Assembly: GCA_963718025.1 (NCBI GenBank) | Contig: CAVQXW010000004.1 | Span: forward strand, 249,523-313,522 | Source: an uncultured beta proteobacterium | Lineage (GTDB): Bacteria; Pseudomonadota; Gammaproteobacteria; Burkholderiales; Casimicrobiaceae | Direction of reading: 5' to 3' | Length of the DNA stretch: 64,000 nucleotides | In this document: positions 1-12,290 of the stretch, one piece after another | Position numbering within the stretch: the stretch's first letter is position 1 | How the letters are laid out: each line of letters opens with the position of its first letter | Translations under genes and position numbers: made by a program | Notes under the pieces: generated by a model | The model's database searches: none | Told to the model about the DNA's origin: nothing | What the model saw: the letters and a program-made list of their open reading frames with translations, nothing else

Positions 1-1
1 T

Positions 2-30
2 TTGACACTTTGTCGCTTCTTCGCTATTAT
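2..30 (+). promoter_or_regulatory. sigma70 promoter of the yceD-rpmF-plsX-fab operon
   Basis: TTGACA (2-7), 17-bp spacer, TATTAT (25-30), upstream of yceD. Confidence 0.75.
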
Positions 31-102
31 GCGCGGTTTACGTCGTCAGCCCAACGCAGCGCCGCCGGGTGCTCGAGGCGAAGGCGCTCGGCGTGGCGTG
101 CA

Positions 103-534
103 ATGCCCAGGCGAAACGATCCGCGCTTTGACGCGTTCCGGCTCTCCGCCACCGGCGGCGTGCTCGAAGGGCGGGTGGACCCCGCGCAGTTGCCGCGGTT
201 GGCCGACGAGGTCGGGCGCGGCGCGGGGGAGGTCGCCTGGCGGATCGCCGGGATCCGGGGTGCACTGGGACGCCCGGCGATCGCGGTCGAGTTGTCCGGC
301 CACGTGCAGCTCGAGTGCCAGCGCTGCTTGGGAACGGTCGACCTGTCGGTCGAGCAGCGCACCGAGTTGCTGCTCGCCAGAAGCGAACGAGAACTCGCGC
401 GGTTGGACGACGAAAGCGAGCTCGAGGTCGTGCTGGCAAACGAGCCGCTCGATCCGCAGACGCTGGTGGAAGACGAATTGCTGTTGACGCTTCCGTACGC
501 GCCACGGCACGAAGAACGATGTCCCGCGGCCTGA
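103..534 (+). CDS. yceD: YceD/DUF177 family protein (large ribosomal subunit accumulation)
   Basis: CQRCL motif and C-terminal LVEDELLLTLPYAPRH; conserved position before rpmF; start taken at ATG 103. Confidence 0.9.
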   Translation: MPRRNDPRFDAFRLSATGGVLEGRVDPAQLPRLADEVGRGAGEVAWRIAGIRGALGRPAIAVELSGHVQLECQRCLGTVDLSVEQRTELLLARSERELARLDDESELEVVLANEPLDPQTLVEDELLLTLPYAPRHEERCPAA

Positions 535-606
535 CACCGACGGCAGCAAAGCATCGACCATCGCGAGCCATGCGCGCCGGCAGCAATCGAGAACGAGGAG
601 AATGAG

Positions 607-789
607 ATGGCAGTCCAGCAGAACAAGAAGTCCCCATCGAAGCGCGGCATGCATCGGGCGCACGATTTCCTGCAGACCCCCGCGCTCGCGGTCGAGCCGG
701 TGAGCGGAGAGACGCATCGTCGGCACCACATCAGCCCGAGCGGTTTCTATCGCGGCAAGAAGGTCGTCAAGACGAAGGCCGACGAGTGA
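607..789 (+). CDS. rpmF: 50S ribosomal protein L32
   Basis: [20 protein letters not shown]...[14 protein letters not shown]; GAGGAG RBS. Confidence 0.98.
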   Translation: MAVQQNKKSPSKRGMHRAHDFLQTPALAVEPVSGETHRRHHISPSGFYRGKKVVKTKADE

Positions 790-949
790 TGTTGCCGCGT
801 CCCCGGCTCGGGCCGGGGGCACTGCCGGGCTTGCCCCAGGCACAGCCGCCTGCGGCCGCTACGCCGTCGCGGATCTTCCGTCGGCGTCGTCGATGACGCG
901 TTAGCATCTAGACTCCCACGCCGCCTGCGCGGCGACAGCCCAACAACCA

Positions 950-2014
950 ATGCCGGTCACGGTCGCCGTCGACGCGATGGGAGGGGACCACGGTCCCTCG
1001 GTCACCGTCCCCGCCGCGCTGCAGTTCCTCGCGAAAACGGACGACACCCGCGTCATTCTGGTCGGCCTCGCAGCCCCGCTGGAGGCCGCGCTCGCCAAGG
1101 CCGCGCCCGCGCTGCGCGAGCGCATTGTCCTGCACGCGGCGAGCGAAGTCGTCGAAATGGACGAGCCGCCGGCGGATGCGCTGCGCAGGAAGAAGGATTC
1201 GTCGATGCGCGTCGCGATCAACCTTGTCAAGGAGGGCACGGCGCAGGCATGCGTTTCGGCAGGCAACACCGGGGCGCTGATGGCGATCGCGCGCTTCGTG
1301 CTGAAGACCCTGCCTGGCATCGACCGGCCGGCGATCGCCTCGCAACTGCCGACCAAGAAGGGCGTGACGACGGTGCTCGACTTAGGCGCCAACGTCAACT
1401 GCACGCCGGAGCAGCTCGTGCAGTTCGCGGCGATGGGCAGCGCGCTGGTCACGGCGTTCGACGGCGTCGAACACCCCACGGTCGGCCTGCTCAACATCGG
1501 CGAGGAAGACATCAAGGGCAACGAGGTCGTGAAGCAGGCTGCTGAGCTGCTCAAGGCATCGGGGCTTAACTTCCACGGCAACGTCGAAGGCAACGACATT
1601 TACAAGGGCACGACCGACGTGGTCGTGGCCGACGGCTTCGTGGGCAACGTCGCGCTGAAAGCCTCCGAGGGCCTCGCGCAAATGCTCTACGAGTTCCTGA
1701 AGGCCGAGTTCACGCGAAATCCGCTGACCAAACTGGCTGCGCTGATCGCCTATCCCGTGCTCTCCGCATTCCGCCGGCGCATCGATCCGCGCCGCTACAA
1801 CGGGGCCACGCTCGTGGGTCTCAAGGGCGTCGTCGTGAAAAGCCACGGCGGCGCCGACGTGCTCGCATTCCGGTACGCGCTGCAGAAGGCGCATGCGGAG
1901 GCAACCCACGGCGTGCTGGAGCGCATCGCGCAGCGCATCGCGGCGATGCCCGCGCTCGCCGCATCCGCCCACGCCGCTTCGCCGGAAGCGGCGACGCCGC
2001 CTGCGCATGCATAG
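950..2014 (+). CDS. plsX: phosphate acyltransferase PlsX
   Basis: [42 protein letters not shown] motifs. Confidence 0.97.
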   Translation: MPVTVAVDAMGGDHGPSVTVPAALQFLAKTDDTRVILVGLAAPLEAALAKAAPALRERIVLHAASEVVEMDEPPADALRRKKDSSMRVAINLVKEGTAQACVSAGNTGALMAIARFVLKTLPGIDRPAIASQLPTKKGVTTVLDLGANVNCTPEQLVQFAAMGSALVTAFDGVEHPTVGLLNIGEEDIKGNEVVKQAAELLKASGLNFHGNVEGNDIYKGTTDVVVADGFVGNVALKASEGLAQMLYEFLKAEFTRNPLTKLAALIAYPVLSAFRRRIDPRRYNGATLVGLKGVVVKSHGGADVLAFRYALQKAHAEATHGVLERIAQRIAAMPALAASAHAASPEAATPPAHA

Positions 2015-2966
2015 CCGGATCGCCGGGACCGGCCATTATCTGCCGGCGAAGGTGCTGACCAACGATGAGCTGTCCGCGCAGGTCGCGACCACCGACGAGT
2101 GGATTCGCGCGCGCACGGGAATCCGCCAGCGACACATCGCGGCCGCCGGCGAAACGACCTCCGACATGGCATTGGCCGCATCGCGAGAAGCGCTCGCGGC
2201 AGCGGGTCTCGCCCCGGGCGAGGTCGACCTGATCGTGCTCGCGACGACGACACCCGACATGGTCTTTCCGTCGACCGCGTGCATCCTGCAGGCAAAACTC
2301 GGCGCCCGCGGCGGTCCGGCGTTCGACGTGCAGGCGGTGTGCTCGGGCTTCGTCTACGCGCTGGCGCTCGCCGACAAGATGGTCGCGACCGGCGCGGTAC
2401 GCAATGCGCTCGTCGTCGGCGCGGAGATCTATTCGCGCATACTCGACTGGAGCGATCGCACGACCTGCGTTCTGTTCGGCGACGGTGCCGGCGCCGCCGT
2501 GCTCGTGCCCTCGCCGGCGCCCGGCATCCTGACATCGCACCTTCACGCCGATGGTCATTACAAGGACATCCTGTGCGTGCCGGGGCAGGTGAAGGACGGC
2601 GGCGTCGCGGGCACGCCGTTCGTGCACATGGACGGCGCCCACGTGTTCAAGTTCGCGGTCAAGGTGCTCGCCGAAACGTGCGAAGAGGCGCTCGCCGCGA
2701 CCGGCATGGGCCGCGAGTCGATCGACTGGCTGATCCCTCACCAGGCGAACATCCGCATCATGGATGCCACCGTGAAGAAGCTGCATCTGCCGCACGACAA
2801 GCTGATCATCACCGTGGACAAGCACGCCAACACGTCGGCGGCGTCGATTCCGCTCGCGCTCGATGCGGCAGTACGCGATGGTCGCATTCGCGCCGGCCAT
2901 CACGTGATGCTCGCGGGCGTCGGCGGCGGATTCACGTGGGGGTCGGTCTTGCTGCGGTGGGCGTGA
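2007..2966 (+). CDS. fabH: 3-oxoacyl-ACP synthase III
   Basis: AVCSGF (catalytic Cys), [23 protein letters not shown]; start ATG 2007. Confidence 0.97.
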   Translation: MHSRIAGTGHYLPAKVLTNDELSAQVATTDEWIRARTGIRQRHIAAAGETTSDMALAASREALAAAGLAPGEVDLIVLATTTPDMVFPSTACILQAKLGARGGPAFDVQAVCSGFVYALALADKMVATGAVRNALVVGAEIYSRILDWSDRTTCVLFGDGAGAAVLVPSPAPGILTSHLHADGHYKDILCVPGQVKDGGVAGTPFVHMDGAHVFKFAVKVLAETCEEALAATGMGRESIDWLIPHQANIRIMDATVKKLHLPHDKLIITVDKHANTSAASIPLALDAAVRDGRIRAGHHVMLAGVGGGFTWGSVLLRWA

Positions 2967-2978
2967 TCAGGGGGTCGG

Positions 2979-3914
2979 ATGAAACTCGCATTCGTGTTTC
3001 CGGGACAGGGCTCGCAGGCGGTCGGGATGATGAGCGGCTTCGACGCGCATCCGGCGGTGCGTGCGACGTTCGCCGAGGCGTCCGACGTGCTCGGGCAGGA
3101 CCTGTGGGAGCTCGTCACCGAAGGCCCGGAGGAGGATCTCGACCTGACGGTCAACACGCAGCCGCTGATGCTCACCGCCGCGGTCGCGATCTGGCGCGCA
3201 TGGCAGGACGCGGGCGGGCCGCCGCCGGCGATCGTTGCCGGACACAGCCTGGGCGAGTATTCGGCGCTGGTCGCCGCGGGTGCGCTCGCGTTCCGTGACG
3301 CCGTTCCGCTCGTGCGCTTTCGTGCGCAAGCGATGCAGGAGGCGGTGCCGGCGGGTGAAGGCGCGATGGCAGCGGTGCTCGGCGCGGACGACGCGACCGT
3401 CGCAGCGGCGTGCGCCGAAGCCGCACAAGGGGAGATCGTCGAGCCGGTCAACTACAACGCGCCCGGGCAACTCGTGATCGCGGGCAGCCGCGCTGCGGTG
3501 GAGCGGGCGATGGTGACGGTGAAGGCGCGCGGCGCGCGGCGCGCGGTGATGCTCCCCGTGTCGGCGCCGTTTCACAGCTCGTTGTTGAAACCGGCGGCGG
3601 AGCGGCTTGCCGCGCGTCTTGCCGGCGTGCCGTTTGCAACGCCCACGATTCCGGTGCTGCACAACGTCGATGTGGCCGAGCATGCCGCACCCGACGAGAT
3701 CCGGCGAGCGCTCGCGCAGCAGGCGGCGAGCCCGGTGCGCTGGACCGGGACCATCCAGGCGATGAAGGCGCGCGGCGTGACGCACGTCGCCGAATGCGGG
3801 CCGGGCCGCGTGCTGACCGGGCTCGTTAACCGTATCGAGGAGTCGTTGACCGCGCTGCCGCTGTCGAGCGGCTCGATGCTGGACCAGGCGAAGGCGACGC
3901 TGGCACCGGGCTGA
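2979..3914 (+). CDS. fabD: malonyl-CoA:ACP transacylase
   Basis: FPGQGSQ, GHSLGEY, SAPFHS motifs. Confidence 0.97.
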   Translation: MKLAFVFPGQGSQAVGMMSGFDAHPAVRATFAEASDVLGQDLWELVTEGPEEDLDLTVNTQPLMLTAAVAIWRAWQDAGGPPPAIVAGHSLGEYSALVAAGALAFRDAVPLVRFRAQAMQEAVPAGEGAMAAVLGADDATVAAACAEAAQGEIVEPVNYNAPGQLVIAGSRAAVERAMVTVKARGARRAVMLPVSAPFHSSLLKPAAERLAARLAGVPFATPTIPVLHNVDVAEHAAPDEIRRALAQQAASPVRWTGTIQAMKARGVTHVAECGPGRVLTGLVNRIEESLTALPLSSGSMLDQAKATLAPG

Positions 3915-4037
3915 GAGGCAACGGGTGAGCCCGGCGGCCGCGTCGATCGCCGTTCGCACCGTCCGTCGCGGGGCGATTGCGAGCGGCCGGCCAACGCCTT
4001 TCGGTCAAGCGAAACGCAGACAACGAGGACAACGAGG

Positions 4038-4790
4038 ATGACGGACAAGGAATTGACGGGGCAGGTTGCGCTCGTCACCGGCGCTACGCGGGGCATCGGG
4101 CGCGCGATCGCAATCCGGCTGGCGGGCGACGGCGCAGTTGTCGTCGGTACGGCCACCACCGAGGAGGGCGCTGCGCAGGTCGCCGCCTATCTCGCCGAAA
4201 CCGGCAACGGCGGCACGGGGCTCCGGCTCGACGTCACCGACGCGGCTGCGACGGACGCTGCGCTTGCAACCATCGAGCAGCGCTTCGGCGTGATTACGAT
4301 TCTCGTCAATAACGCCGGCATCACGCGCGACAACCTGCTGCTGCGCATGAAGGACGAGGAGTGGGACGCGGTGATCGCGACCAACCTCAAACCCGTGTTC
4401 CGGCTCGCCAAGGCTGTTCTGCGCGGGATGATGAAGGCGCGCCATGGCCGCATCATCCAAATCGGATCGGTGGTCGGCACGAGCGGAAGCGCCGGGCAGA
4501 CGAATTACGCAGCCGCCAAGGCGGCGCTGATCGGTTTCACCAAGTCACTCGCGCAGGAAGTGGCAAGCCGCAACATCACGGTGAACTGCGTGGCGCCGGG
4601 TTTCATCGACACCGATATGACCCGGGTATTGCCCGAGGTGCAGCGCACGGCGCTGCTCTCGCGCATTCCGCTCGGGCGAATGGGAATGCCGGACGACATC
4701 GCCCACGCGGTGGCGTTCCTAGCAAGCCCGGCAGCCGGCTATGTCACCGGGGCGACGCTGCACGTGAACGGCGGCTTGTACATGGCATGA
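4038..4790 (+). CDS. fabG: 3-oxoacyl-ACP reductase
   Basis: TGATRGIG, NNAGITRD, YAAAK short-chain dehydrogenase motifs; fab operon context. Confidence 0.97.
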   Translation: MTDKELTGQVALVTGATRGIGRAIAIRLAGDGAVVVGTATTEEGAAQVAAYLAETGNGGTGLRLDVTDAAATDAALATIEQRFGVITILVNNAGITRDNLLLRMKDEEWDAVIATNLKPVFRLAKAVLRGMMKARHGRIIQIGSVVGTSGSAGQTNYAAAKAALIGFTKSLAQEVASRNITVNCVAPGFIDTDMTRVLPEVQRTALLSRIPLGRMGMPDDIAHAVAFLASPAAGYVTGATLHVNGGLYMA

Positions 4791-4899
4791 AACGCAAAGC
4801 GCACGGCGGAGGCGGGCTTGCAGCACTGGGGCTCGTTCCCACCCAATCTGGTAGAATTCGTCGGTTTTGATTTTCACGTCCCCGCAAGGGAGGAGACGC

Positions 4900-5139
4900 A
4901 TGGAAAACGTTGAACAACGGGTGAAGAAGATCGTCGCCGAGCAGCTCGGGGTGAACGAGGCCGAGATCAAGACCGAGTCGTCGTTCGTCGACGACCTGGG
5001 CGCGGATTCGCTCGACACGGTCGAGCTCGTGATGGCGCTGGAGGAGGAATTCGAAACCGAGATCCCGGACGAGGAAGCCGAGAAGATCACGACTGTCCAG
5101 CAGGCCATCGACTACATCAGCTCGCACCTCAAGACGTAG
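4900..5139 (+). CDS. acpP: acyl carrier protein
   Basis: [20 protein letters not shown]; GGAGGAG RBS before ATG 4900. Confidence 0.98.
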   Translation: MENVEQRVKKIVAEQLGVNEAEIKTESSFVDDLGADSLDTVELVMALEEEFETEIPDEEAEKITTVQQAIDYISSHLKT

Positions 5140-5242
5140 CGCCCTCGGCGGGCGTGCCCCGATTGCCGGGGCGCCTCGCCTGCGCCGTGCGGGCGACGCG
5201 AGTGCGGTGCCGCGCGCCTCATTCCCGTCACCTGCCATCCCC

Positions 5243-6481
<1,239 letters not shown>

Positions 6482-6521
6482 CGCGCCCGGTCGTCGAAGT
6501 TCCGCAGCAACCGCTCCCACC

Positions 6522-7769
6522 ATGTCCCTCATCGTCCAGAAGTACGGCGGCACCTCGGTCGGCACGACCGAGCGCATTCGCAATGTCGCCCGGCGCGTTG
6601 CCCGGTTCCACCGTGAAGGCCACCAGCTCGTCGTCGTCGTCTCGGCGATGGCCGGCGAGACCAACCGCCTGCTCGCACTCGCAAAGGAGCTCTCGCCAAG
6701 CCCGGACCCGCGCGAGCTCGACGTCGTCGCGGCGACGGGGGAGCAGGTCACGATCGGCCTGCTCGCGATCGCGCTTCAGGCGATGGGGCTCAAGGCGAAG
6801 AGCTACACCGGCGGCCAGGCGCGCATCCTGACCGACAACGCCTTCACCAAGGCGCGCATCCAGGACATCGACGACAAGGCGATGCGCAACGACCTCGCGG
6901 ACGGCATGATCGTCATCGTCGCCGGCTTTCAGGGGGTGGACGAGGCAGGCAATATCACGACGCTCGGCCGTGGCGGATCCGACACGTCCGGCGTCGCGCT
7001 CGCCGCCGCGCTCAAGGCCGACGAGTGCCAGATCTACACCGACGTCGACGGCGTCTACACGACCGATCCGCGCATCGTTCCCGAGGCCCGGCGGCTCGAC
7101 AGGGTGACGTTCGAGGAAATGCTCGAGATGGCGAGCCTCGGATCGAAGGTGCTGCAGATCCGCTCGGTCGAGTTCGCGGGCAAGTACAAGGTCAAGCTGC
7201 GCGTGCTGTCCTCGCTCGAGGACCCGGAGGTCACGTCCCCCGGCACGCTCATCACCTACGAGGAAGACGAGGACATGGAACAGGCGATCATTTCCGGTAT
7301 CGCGTTCACCAAGGACGAAGCCAAAATCTCGGTCATGGGCGTGCCCGACCGGCCCGGCATCGCGTACGCGATCCTCGGCCCCGTCGCGGCCGCCAACATC
7401 GACGTCGACATGATCGTGCAGAACATCGGCGCCTCGGGCCAGACCGACTTCTCGTTCACCGTCAACCGCAACGAATTCCAGAAGGCGCTCGACGTGCTGG
7501 CGCGCGAGCGCGGCAAGGACTTCGAGGCGCGCGAGATCATCGGCGACAACAAGATCGCGAAGGTCTCGGTCGTCGGCATCGGCATGCGTTCGCATACCGG
7601 GCTCGCCGCCAAGATGTTCAGGGCGCTTGCCGGCGAGGGAATCAACATTCAGATGATCTCGACCTCCGAAATCAAGATCTCGGTTGTCATCGACGAGAAG
7701 TACCTCGAGCTCGCCGTGCGGGTTCTGCACAAGGTGTTCGAGCTCGAGAAGAGCGGCGAGGCGGCATAG
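6522..7769 (+). CDS. lysC: aspartate kinase
   Basis: VQKYGGTSVG, TLGRGGSD, DVDGVYTTDP, two ACT domains (MISTSEIKIS). Confidence 0.96.
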   Translation: MSLIVQKYGGTSVGTTERIRNVARRVARFHREGHQLVVVVSAMAGETNRLLALAKELSPSPDPRELDVVAATGEQVTIGLLAIALQAMGLKAKSYTGGQARILTDNAFTKARIQDIDDKAMRNDLADGMIVIVAGFQGVDEAGNITTLGRGGSDTSGVALAAALKADECQIYTDVDGVYTTDPRIVPEARRLDRVTFEEMLEMASLGSKVLQIRSVEFAGKYKVKLRVLSSLEDPEVTSPGTLITYEEDEDMEQAIISGIAFTKDEAKISVMGVPDRPGIAYAILGPVAAANIDVDMIVQNIGASGQTDFSFTVNRNEFQKALDVLARERGKDFEAREIIGDNKIAKVSVVGIGMRSHTGLAAKMFRALAGEGINIQMISTSEIKISVVIDEKYLELAVRVLHKVFELEKSGEAA

Positions 7770-7992
7770 CCTCGCGGCCATGGCGCATGGCTGCCGGGTG
7801 GATCGCGACGACAAGGCGTTGCGGCCGTCGGAGCCGGGTCCCGAAACTCTTGCGGGGCGCGCAGGTTCGCAAAGCATGGACGGGGCATGGCGCGGCCGGT
7901 AGAATCGCCCGTGCGATGTCGGTTCGAGCCGAAGGCGCAGTGGCGGACGCTCGTCCCTGCGTCGGATGTCTGAAGTGAGTGAAGTGAAGTAC

Positions 7993-8086
7993 GGAGACGT
8001 GGCCGAGAGGTCGAAGGCACTCCCCTGCTAAGGGAGCATACGGGCCAAAACCTGTATCCAGGGTTCGAATCCCTGCGTCTCCGCCA
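7993..8086 (+). tRNA. tRNA-Ser (anticodon GCT)
   Basis: GGAGACG...CGTCTCC-G-CCA acceptor stem, CTCCC-CT-GCT-AA-GGGAG anticodon arm, long variable arm, GGTTCGAATCC T-arm. Confidence 0.97.
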
Positions 8087-8409
8087 ATACCCAAGTCACC
8101 TGACGCCAAGCTCCACCGTGTGTAGGTGGCGAATTCGTAGTCAAGCGGCGATCGGGACCTGAAACAGGCCCCGGCAATGCTGCTGCCGGCCGCCGTGGAC
8201 CAACGCGGCAGGAAATGTCGGCCCATGGCCGAACTCGGCATGTCGACGGACGTCGAATCAGTCTCGATCCACGGCAACAGACCGGGTGCGATCTGTGGCT
8301 GATCGACTTCCCGCGCCACGTAGATCGTGCCCTGTGTGGGACGGTGACACCTTAACGGCGCGCGTTCGCAATGGGTCCCAAGGCATCTGCCTTATCGCGA
8401 GGCCCGCAA

Positions 8410-8922
8410 CTACTCCAGTATCGGACGCGCTGTCGCCTCGTCGATCACCGCTACCACGTACCCGCCGCACTGGTTTGCCGATGCGTCCGCAGCCCCGACA
8501 ATCCCATAGATTGCAAGTTGATTGATGAATGGAAAAAGAAGAAAAGGGAGCGCAAGCGGGCTCAATGCCCACGTCAAGACCGCGACGTTGGGGTCGCTCC
8601 AAGGCGAGACTTGGAGAAAATGGCGCGAACCGCCGGAGGTTCGGACTGCGATCTCACACAGGCCGGGCCGTGTCTTGCCGCGCGCAGCTACCCGGTGCTC
8701 ACCGGGCGAGGCGAAGAATTCCTTGTACGCGCTCGGTTCGAGCATGCCGACTTCCATCCCATCGAGCAGGACCGTCACTTCGGCAGTCCTTCCGCTCTCC
8801 GGCCAGAAGACAATCAGGCTGGCCGTGTCTGCCGGGACGGTAGCGCCAATGGCCGCGTGCTCGGAAAACCTGGGTCCCGTAACCTTGGGTTCCGTCGTGG
8901 CGCAAGCAGTCAGAAGAACCAC
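8410..8922 (-). CDS. putative lipoprotein, DUF2846-like
   Basis: LLTAC lipobox; VTVLLDGMEVGMLEPSAYKEFFASPGEHRV resembles DUF2846; start uncertain. Confidence 0.55.
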   Translation of the reverse strand: MVLLTACATTEPKVTGPRFSEHAAIGATVPADTASLIVFWPESGRTAEVTVLLDGMEVGMLEPSAYKEFFASPGEHRVAARGKTRPGLCEIAVRTSGGSRHFLQVSPWSDPNVAVLTWALSPLALPFLLFPFINQLAIYGIVGAADASANQCGGYVVAVIDEATARPILE

Positions 8923-9489
8923 GACGCCAACAGCACGCGTGACAACCCGCGCATGAAGCCCTGTTTCATGGGCTGATCACCCTTCTGGCAACGCAAAGGT
9001 AAGGCTTCAACGAGTCCATTACGCGCCCGCTGTCAGAACGCGGCATTGACCCTTGTCAACGCACATGCAGTCGAGAGCCCCCAGATGCGCCGCCAGGCTA
9101 TCGTTACCGGGTGCGATACCGGGGCTCTGCGCTCCCCCGCGCCACGTCGACCGTGCTCAGTGCGACACGCTAACACTCCGGCAGCGCGGATCCGGCGGCC
9201 CAATCGACCGACCGGACGGTGCTACGCGTTCGGCGGCTCCCGGGATGGCCGATTGCGAAGCCTCTGGCACATTCGAATCTAGGTTCCAGCCAAGCGGTCG
9301 TTGATATAGTCCAAGTTCGTCTATGGCAAGAAGATGGTTCAGTACGAACCGATGATCAACGGTTTCTTCCTGATGGCCTAGCCGCATCTTGCTTCCCGGA
9401 CTTGGCTCATCTGCACCCACGGTTGCGGCCTCCGCTTGGGGCTGTATTGTTTTCCGAGACTGACCACGCAACTTGTCGCAAGGTGATTC

Positions 9490-9873
9490 ATGACCCGCAG
9501 CATTCTTGACGAATCGCATATCCACCCGGCTATCAGGGTGGCCATCGCCGATCACCATGCGGACATCGTCCGCGAAGTGCAGGCCGCGATTGCGAGCAAC
9601 GACGTGGTTGTCGTTGGAATGAAACAAAACCCATTTCCGAAGAAGGCGCGTAAGGCGCTCCACGCGGCAGGCGTGCCGTACAAGTATCTCGAATATGGCA
9701 GCTACATCGACGGTTGGCGGCGGCGCAATGCCTTGAAGATGTGGACCGGCTGGCCGTCCTTTCCCATGATATTCGTCAAGGGCGTGCTGATCGGTGGAGC
9801 CACCGATTTGGAGCGCCTCTTTGATAGCGGCGAGTTGAAGCAACTGCTGGCCGGGAAATCCGCGTCATCATGA
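9490..9873 (+). CDS. glutaredoxin-fold protein without cysteine
   Basis: WTGWPSFPMIFVKGVLIGGATDL matches the Grx cis-Pro and GG motifs. Confidence 0.8.
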   Translation: MTRSILDESHIHPAIRVAIADHHADIVREVQAAIASNDVVVVGMKQNPFPKKARKALHAAGVPYKYLEYGSYIDGWRRRNALKMWTGWPSFPMIFVKGVLIGGATDLERLFDSGELKQLLAGKSASS

Positions 9874-10082
9874 ACACTGTCGTGCTCGAGTCCGCGCTGT
9901 CCTGCCCGCACTGCGGCTTCGCCGCGCGGGAGACGATGCCCACGGATACCTGCCACTTCTTCGACGAGTACCGCAACTGCGAGACGCTGCTACGCCCGAA
10001 GCCAGGCGACTGTTGCGTGTTGTGCTCGTACGGCTGGGTGAAGTGCCCGTCGATTCAGGAGCAAGGCGGATGCTGCGGTTGA
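9870..10082 (+). CDS. GDCCVxC domain-containing small Cys-rich protein
   Basis: CPHCG...LLRPKPGDCCVLCSYG..KCP; 4-nt ATGA overlap with the upstream gene. Confidence 0.85.
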   Translation: MNTVVLESALSCPHCGFAARETMPTDTCHFFDEYRNCETLLRPKPGDCCVLCSYGWVKCPSIQEQGGCCG

Positions 10083-10285
10083 CTGGCGCCGTCGTGACTA
10101 TCGCTGTTTCGCTGGCCGCGACGGGATGTACATGGCAACAAACCGCCTATTTCGTCGGCCAACAATGGCAGCGCAATGCCTGCAACCGGCTTCCCGATCA
10201 ATTCGAACGTGAGCGCTGCTTCGGTAACGCGAACATGTCCTACGACGAGTATCGACGTCGGGTCGAAGGAGCCAAGAAGGAGTAG
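10070..10285 (+). CDS. small putative lipoprotein
   Basis: hydrophobic leader with AATGC lipobox; two further Cys; overlaps the upstream stop. Confidence 0.6.
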   Translation: MLRLTGAVVTIAVSLAATGCTWQQTAYFVGQQWQRNACNRLPDQFERERCFGNANMSYDEYRRRVEGAKKE

Positions 10286-10341
10286 GGCGCGGACGTCGAG
10301 GTGACAAGAAGGAAGCCACCGAATAACGACAACGCGAAGGA

Positions 10342-10886
10342 CTATCGACGCGCGCTCCTCTGAGCGAGCGCCTCGATCTTCGCCAGATCGAGGACACCCT
10401 TGGCGCCCCAGCCACGCTCGTCAGCAGGCACTTCGGGGCGAAACCGCTCGTAGAGGTGGAACGCCTGCTCGTTCAGCTCTTCGGTAGAAAGGCTGCCAGC
10501 CAGCCGCTCCATCGCACGTCGAGCAGGTTCGAGCTGGTCGCCGAACCTGCCGATCAAGTAGCGAGTGACCGACTCAGGTTTCGCGATCTGGCCCTTGCTG
10601 ATCGCGCGCAGGCCACCGTTGGTGGGTACGACGGGCACGTTACGTCCGAGTAGCGGGAGAGAGCGAGCGGCCCCTGTGGCATCCGCCGGTTCAGGCGGCA
10701 CCGGTTCCTGCGGACGCTCCTCATGGGGTGCGTAGATGCCGAGCCGCACGCCCTTGGCGTGAGCGGTCATTCCGGCGACCGCCTGACCACAGGTGAGCGC
10801 GGTGTCCCAAGGCGAGCCAAGCCGTTCGGCCACCACGGCAGCCCAGAGGGTCAACACCGGGGCGCGATTGATGCGTAACGTGGTCA
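10342..10886 (-). CDS. hypothetical protein
   Basis: MTTLRINRAPVLTLWAAVVAERLG...WGAKG, protein-like composition; start at ATG 10886. Confidence 0.65.
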
Positions 10887-11071
10887 TTGCCACCGCCTGA
10901 CCGGACTGGAGATCGATGACGGGATCGCCACGGGTGTCGTAGCGCACTTCTGGCGGGATCACGACCGCCGATGAACGCGAACCAGCGATGCCAACGGTGC
11001 GATGCTCATCGGAGCAGCGTGTTCAGACGGTGGCGACGCGACACAACGCCCGTTGCACGCACCCCTCCAAC

Positions 11072-11099
11072 AAAAAAGCCCGCACTCGGCGGGCTCTTC
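11072..11099 (-). terminator. Rho-independent terminator
   Basis: minus strand AGCCCGC-cgagt-GCGGGCT followed by a T-run, downstream of the 11181-11438 gene. Confidence 0.75.
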
Positions 11100-11180
11100 A
11101 TGGCGAAGCGGTGACGGGTTAGAGGCACCGCCGGTTACCGCATTCGTCCTTGCGAGGGCTTGCCAACACCGCTGGCTGCC

Positions 11181-11438
11181 TCACGAAGACTTGTTCGGGC
11201 TTGGAGCCACGCTGCCTTGGCTTGGGCGCGTGTTGTTGGGGTTGGCCACAGCCGTCGGGTTCTTGGCGGATTTCTGGGTGGCGACCGCCTTCGGCTCGGC
11301 CTTCTTCACGACGAGCGGCTTCTGCGAGGCGTTCGGGGCAAAGGCCATCGAGTCCTTCATGACCATGTCCTCGCACGCGAGGGCAGCACCGGAGCCTAAA
11401 CAAGCGACGACGGCGATTGCAACGGAGATGCGCTTCAT
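11181..11438 (-). CDS. small secreted protein
   Basis: signal peptide MKRISVAIAVVACLGSGAALA; GGGAG RBS; terminator downstream. Confidence 0.65.
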   Translation of the reverse strand: MKRISVAIAVVACLGSGAALACEDMVMKDSMAFAPNASQKPLVVKKAEPKAVATQKSAKNPTAVANPNNTRPSQGSVAPSPNKSS

Positions 11439-11879
11439 GGTGATCTCCCGACAGGTTGCGGATTCGCGCGATCCTGCGCCGTTGGAAGAACGGCGTCAAG
11501 GGGGTCGCGCTCCGGCCATGGTGTGCCGAGGCGCTGCTCGACATGCTGATGGGTGCGGGGCCGCGGCGCTGGCCTGTGCCAACTCGTTCCCCCTGACGGG
11601 ATTGGACACCCGTACGGCGATCCGGACGCGTCCAAGCTCGAGACCCAGCGCCGCAGATTTGGGGCGCACGATTCCAGGCATCGCGAAGACGAGCATCGTG
11701 GCAGTGCTCGCCGCAGTGTCTCCCGCGGTGGCCTGGCGGGGCAAGCGTGTCGACCCAGAGAAAATGAATCTCTGCGTCTTCGCCGGATTTGATTCTCCAT
11801 GTACCGGTGTGTCGGGGCGGTCATTCGCGGCGCTGCACTTTCTCTCACGCGCCCCCTCCGCTCACACCCGGGGGCGCGC

Positions 11880-12290
11880 CCTCTCGTGCTCCCGCACCAC
11901 GCCAAGCAACAAGCCCGCGAGCCCGGTGATCGCGACGCTTGCGAGCAAGGCGCCGCGCGAGCTACGGCAACGCGGTTTCGCCGAGCCGCGCGTGGACAAA
12001 CGTGGAGACCATGCTGTGGACGAAGAACACCGCGGCGGCGCGTGAGAACGGGATCGCTGCGTGGACTTCGCGCAACATCAGGAAGACGCGCGCGAGCCGC
12101 CCCGCAAAGGAAGGGGCAAGCAATCCGGTGAAAGCGAGCCACGCTGGGGCGGGCACACGACCGACCATCCGATGAACCGATCGACGGCCCAGGCTACCGC
12201 CACCGCGAGCAGCAGCGTAACACCGAGCAGGGCAGAACCGCGGCTGTGGAATTGGCGGCGCGAATCGAGCGGCGGACGCGAGCAGAAGCT
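11880..12290 (-). pseudogene. possible decayed membrane-protein gene (CPBP/Abi-like)
   Basis: hydrophobic stretches spread over three frames (LLGVTLLLAVAVAW / SMVSTFVHARLG / LLASVAITGLAGLLLGVVRE). Confidence 0.25.

Noticed and set aside
8922-8970. Frameshifted N-terminus (MKQGFMRGLSRVLLA) for the DUF2846-like gene
   Set aside because: Plausible but unverifiable without reads or homologs; a GTG start also gives an ORF
9870-10082. Selenocysteine in the GDCCVxC protein
   Set aside because: The only TGA is terminal and overlaps the next gene; no SECIS recognised
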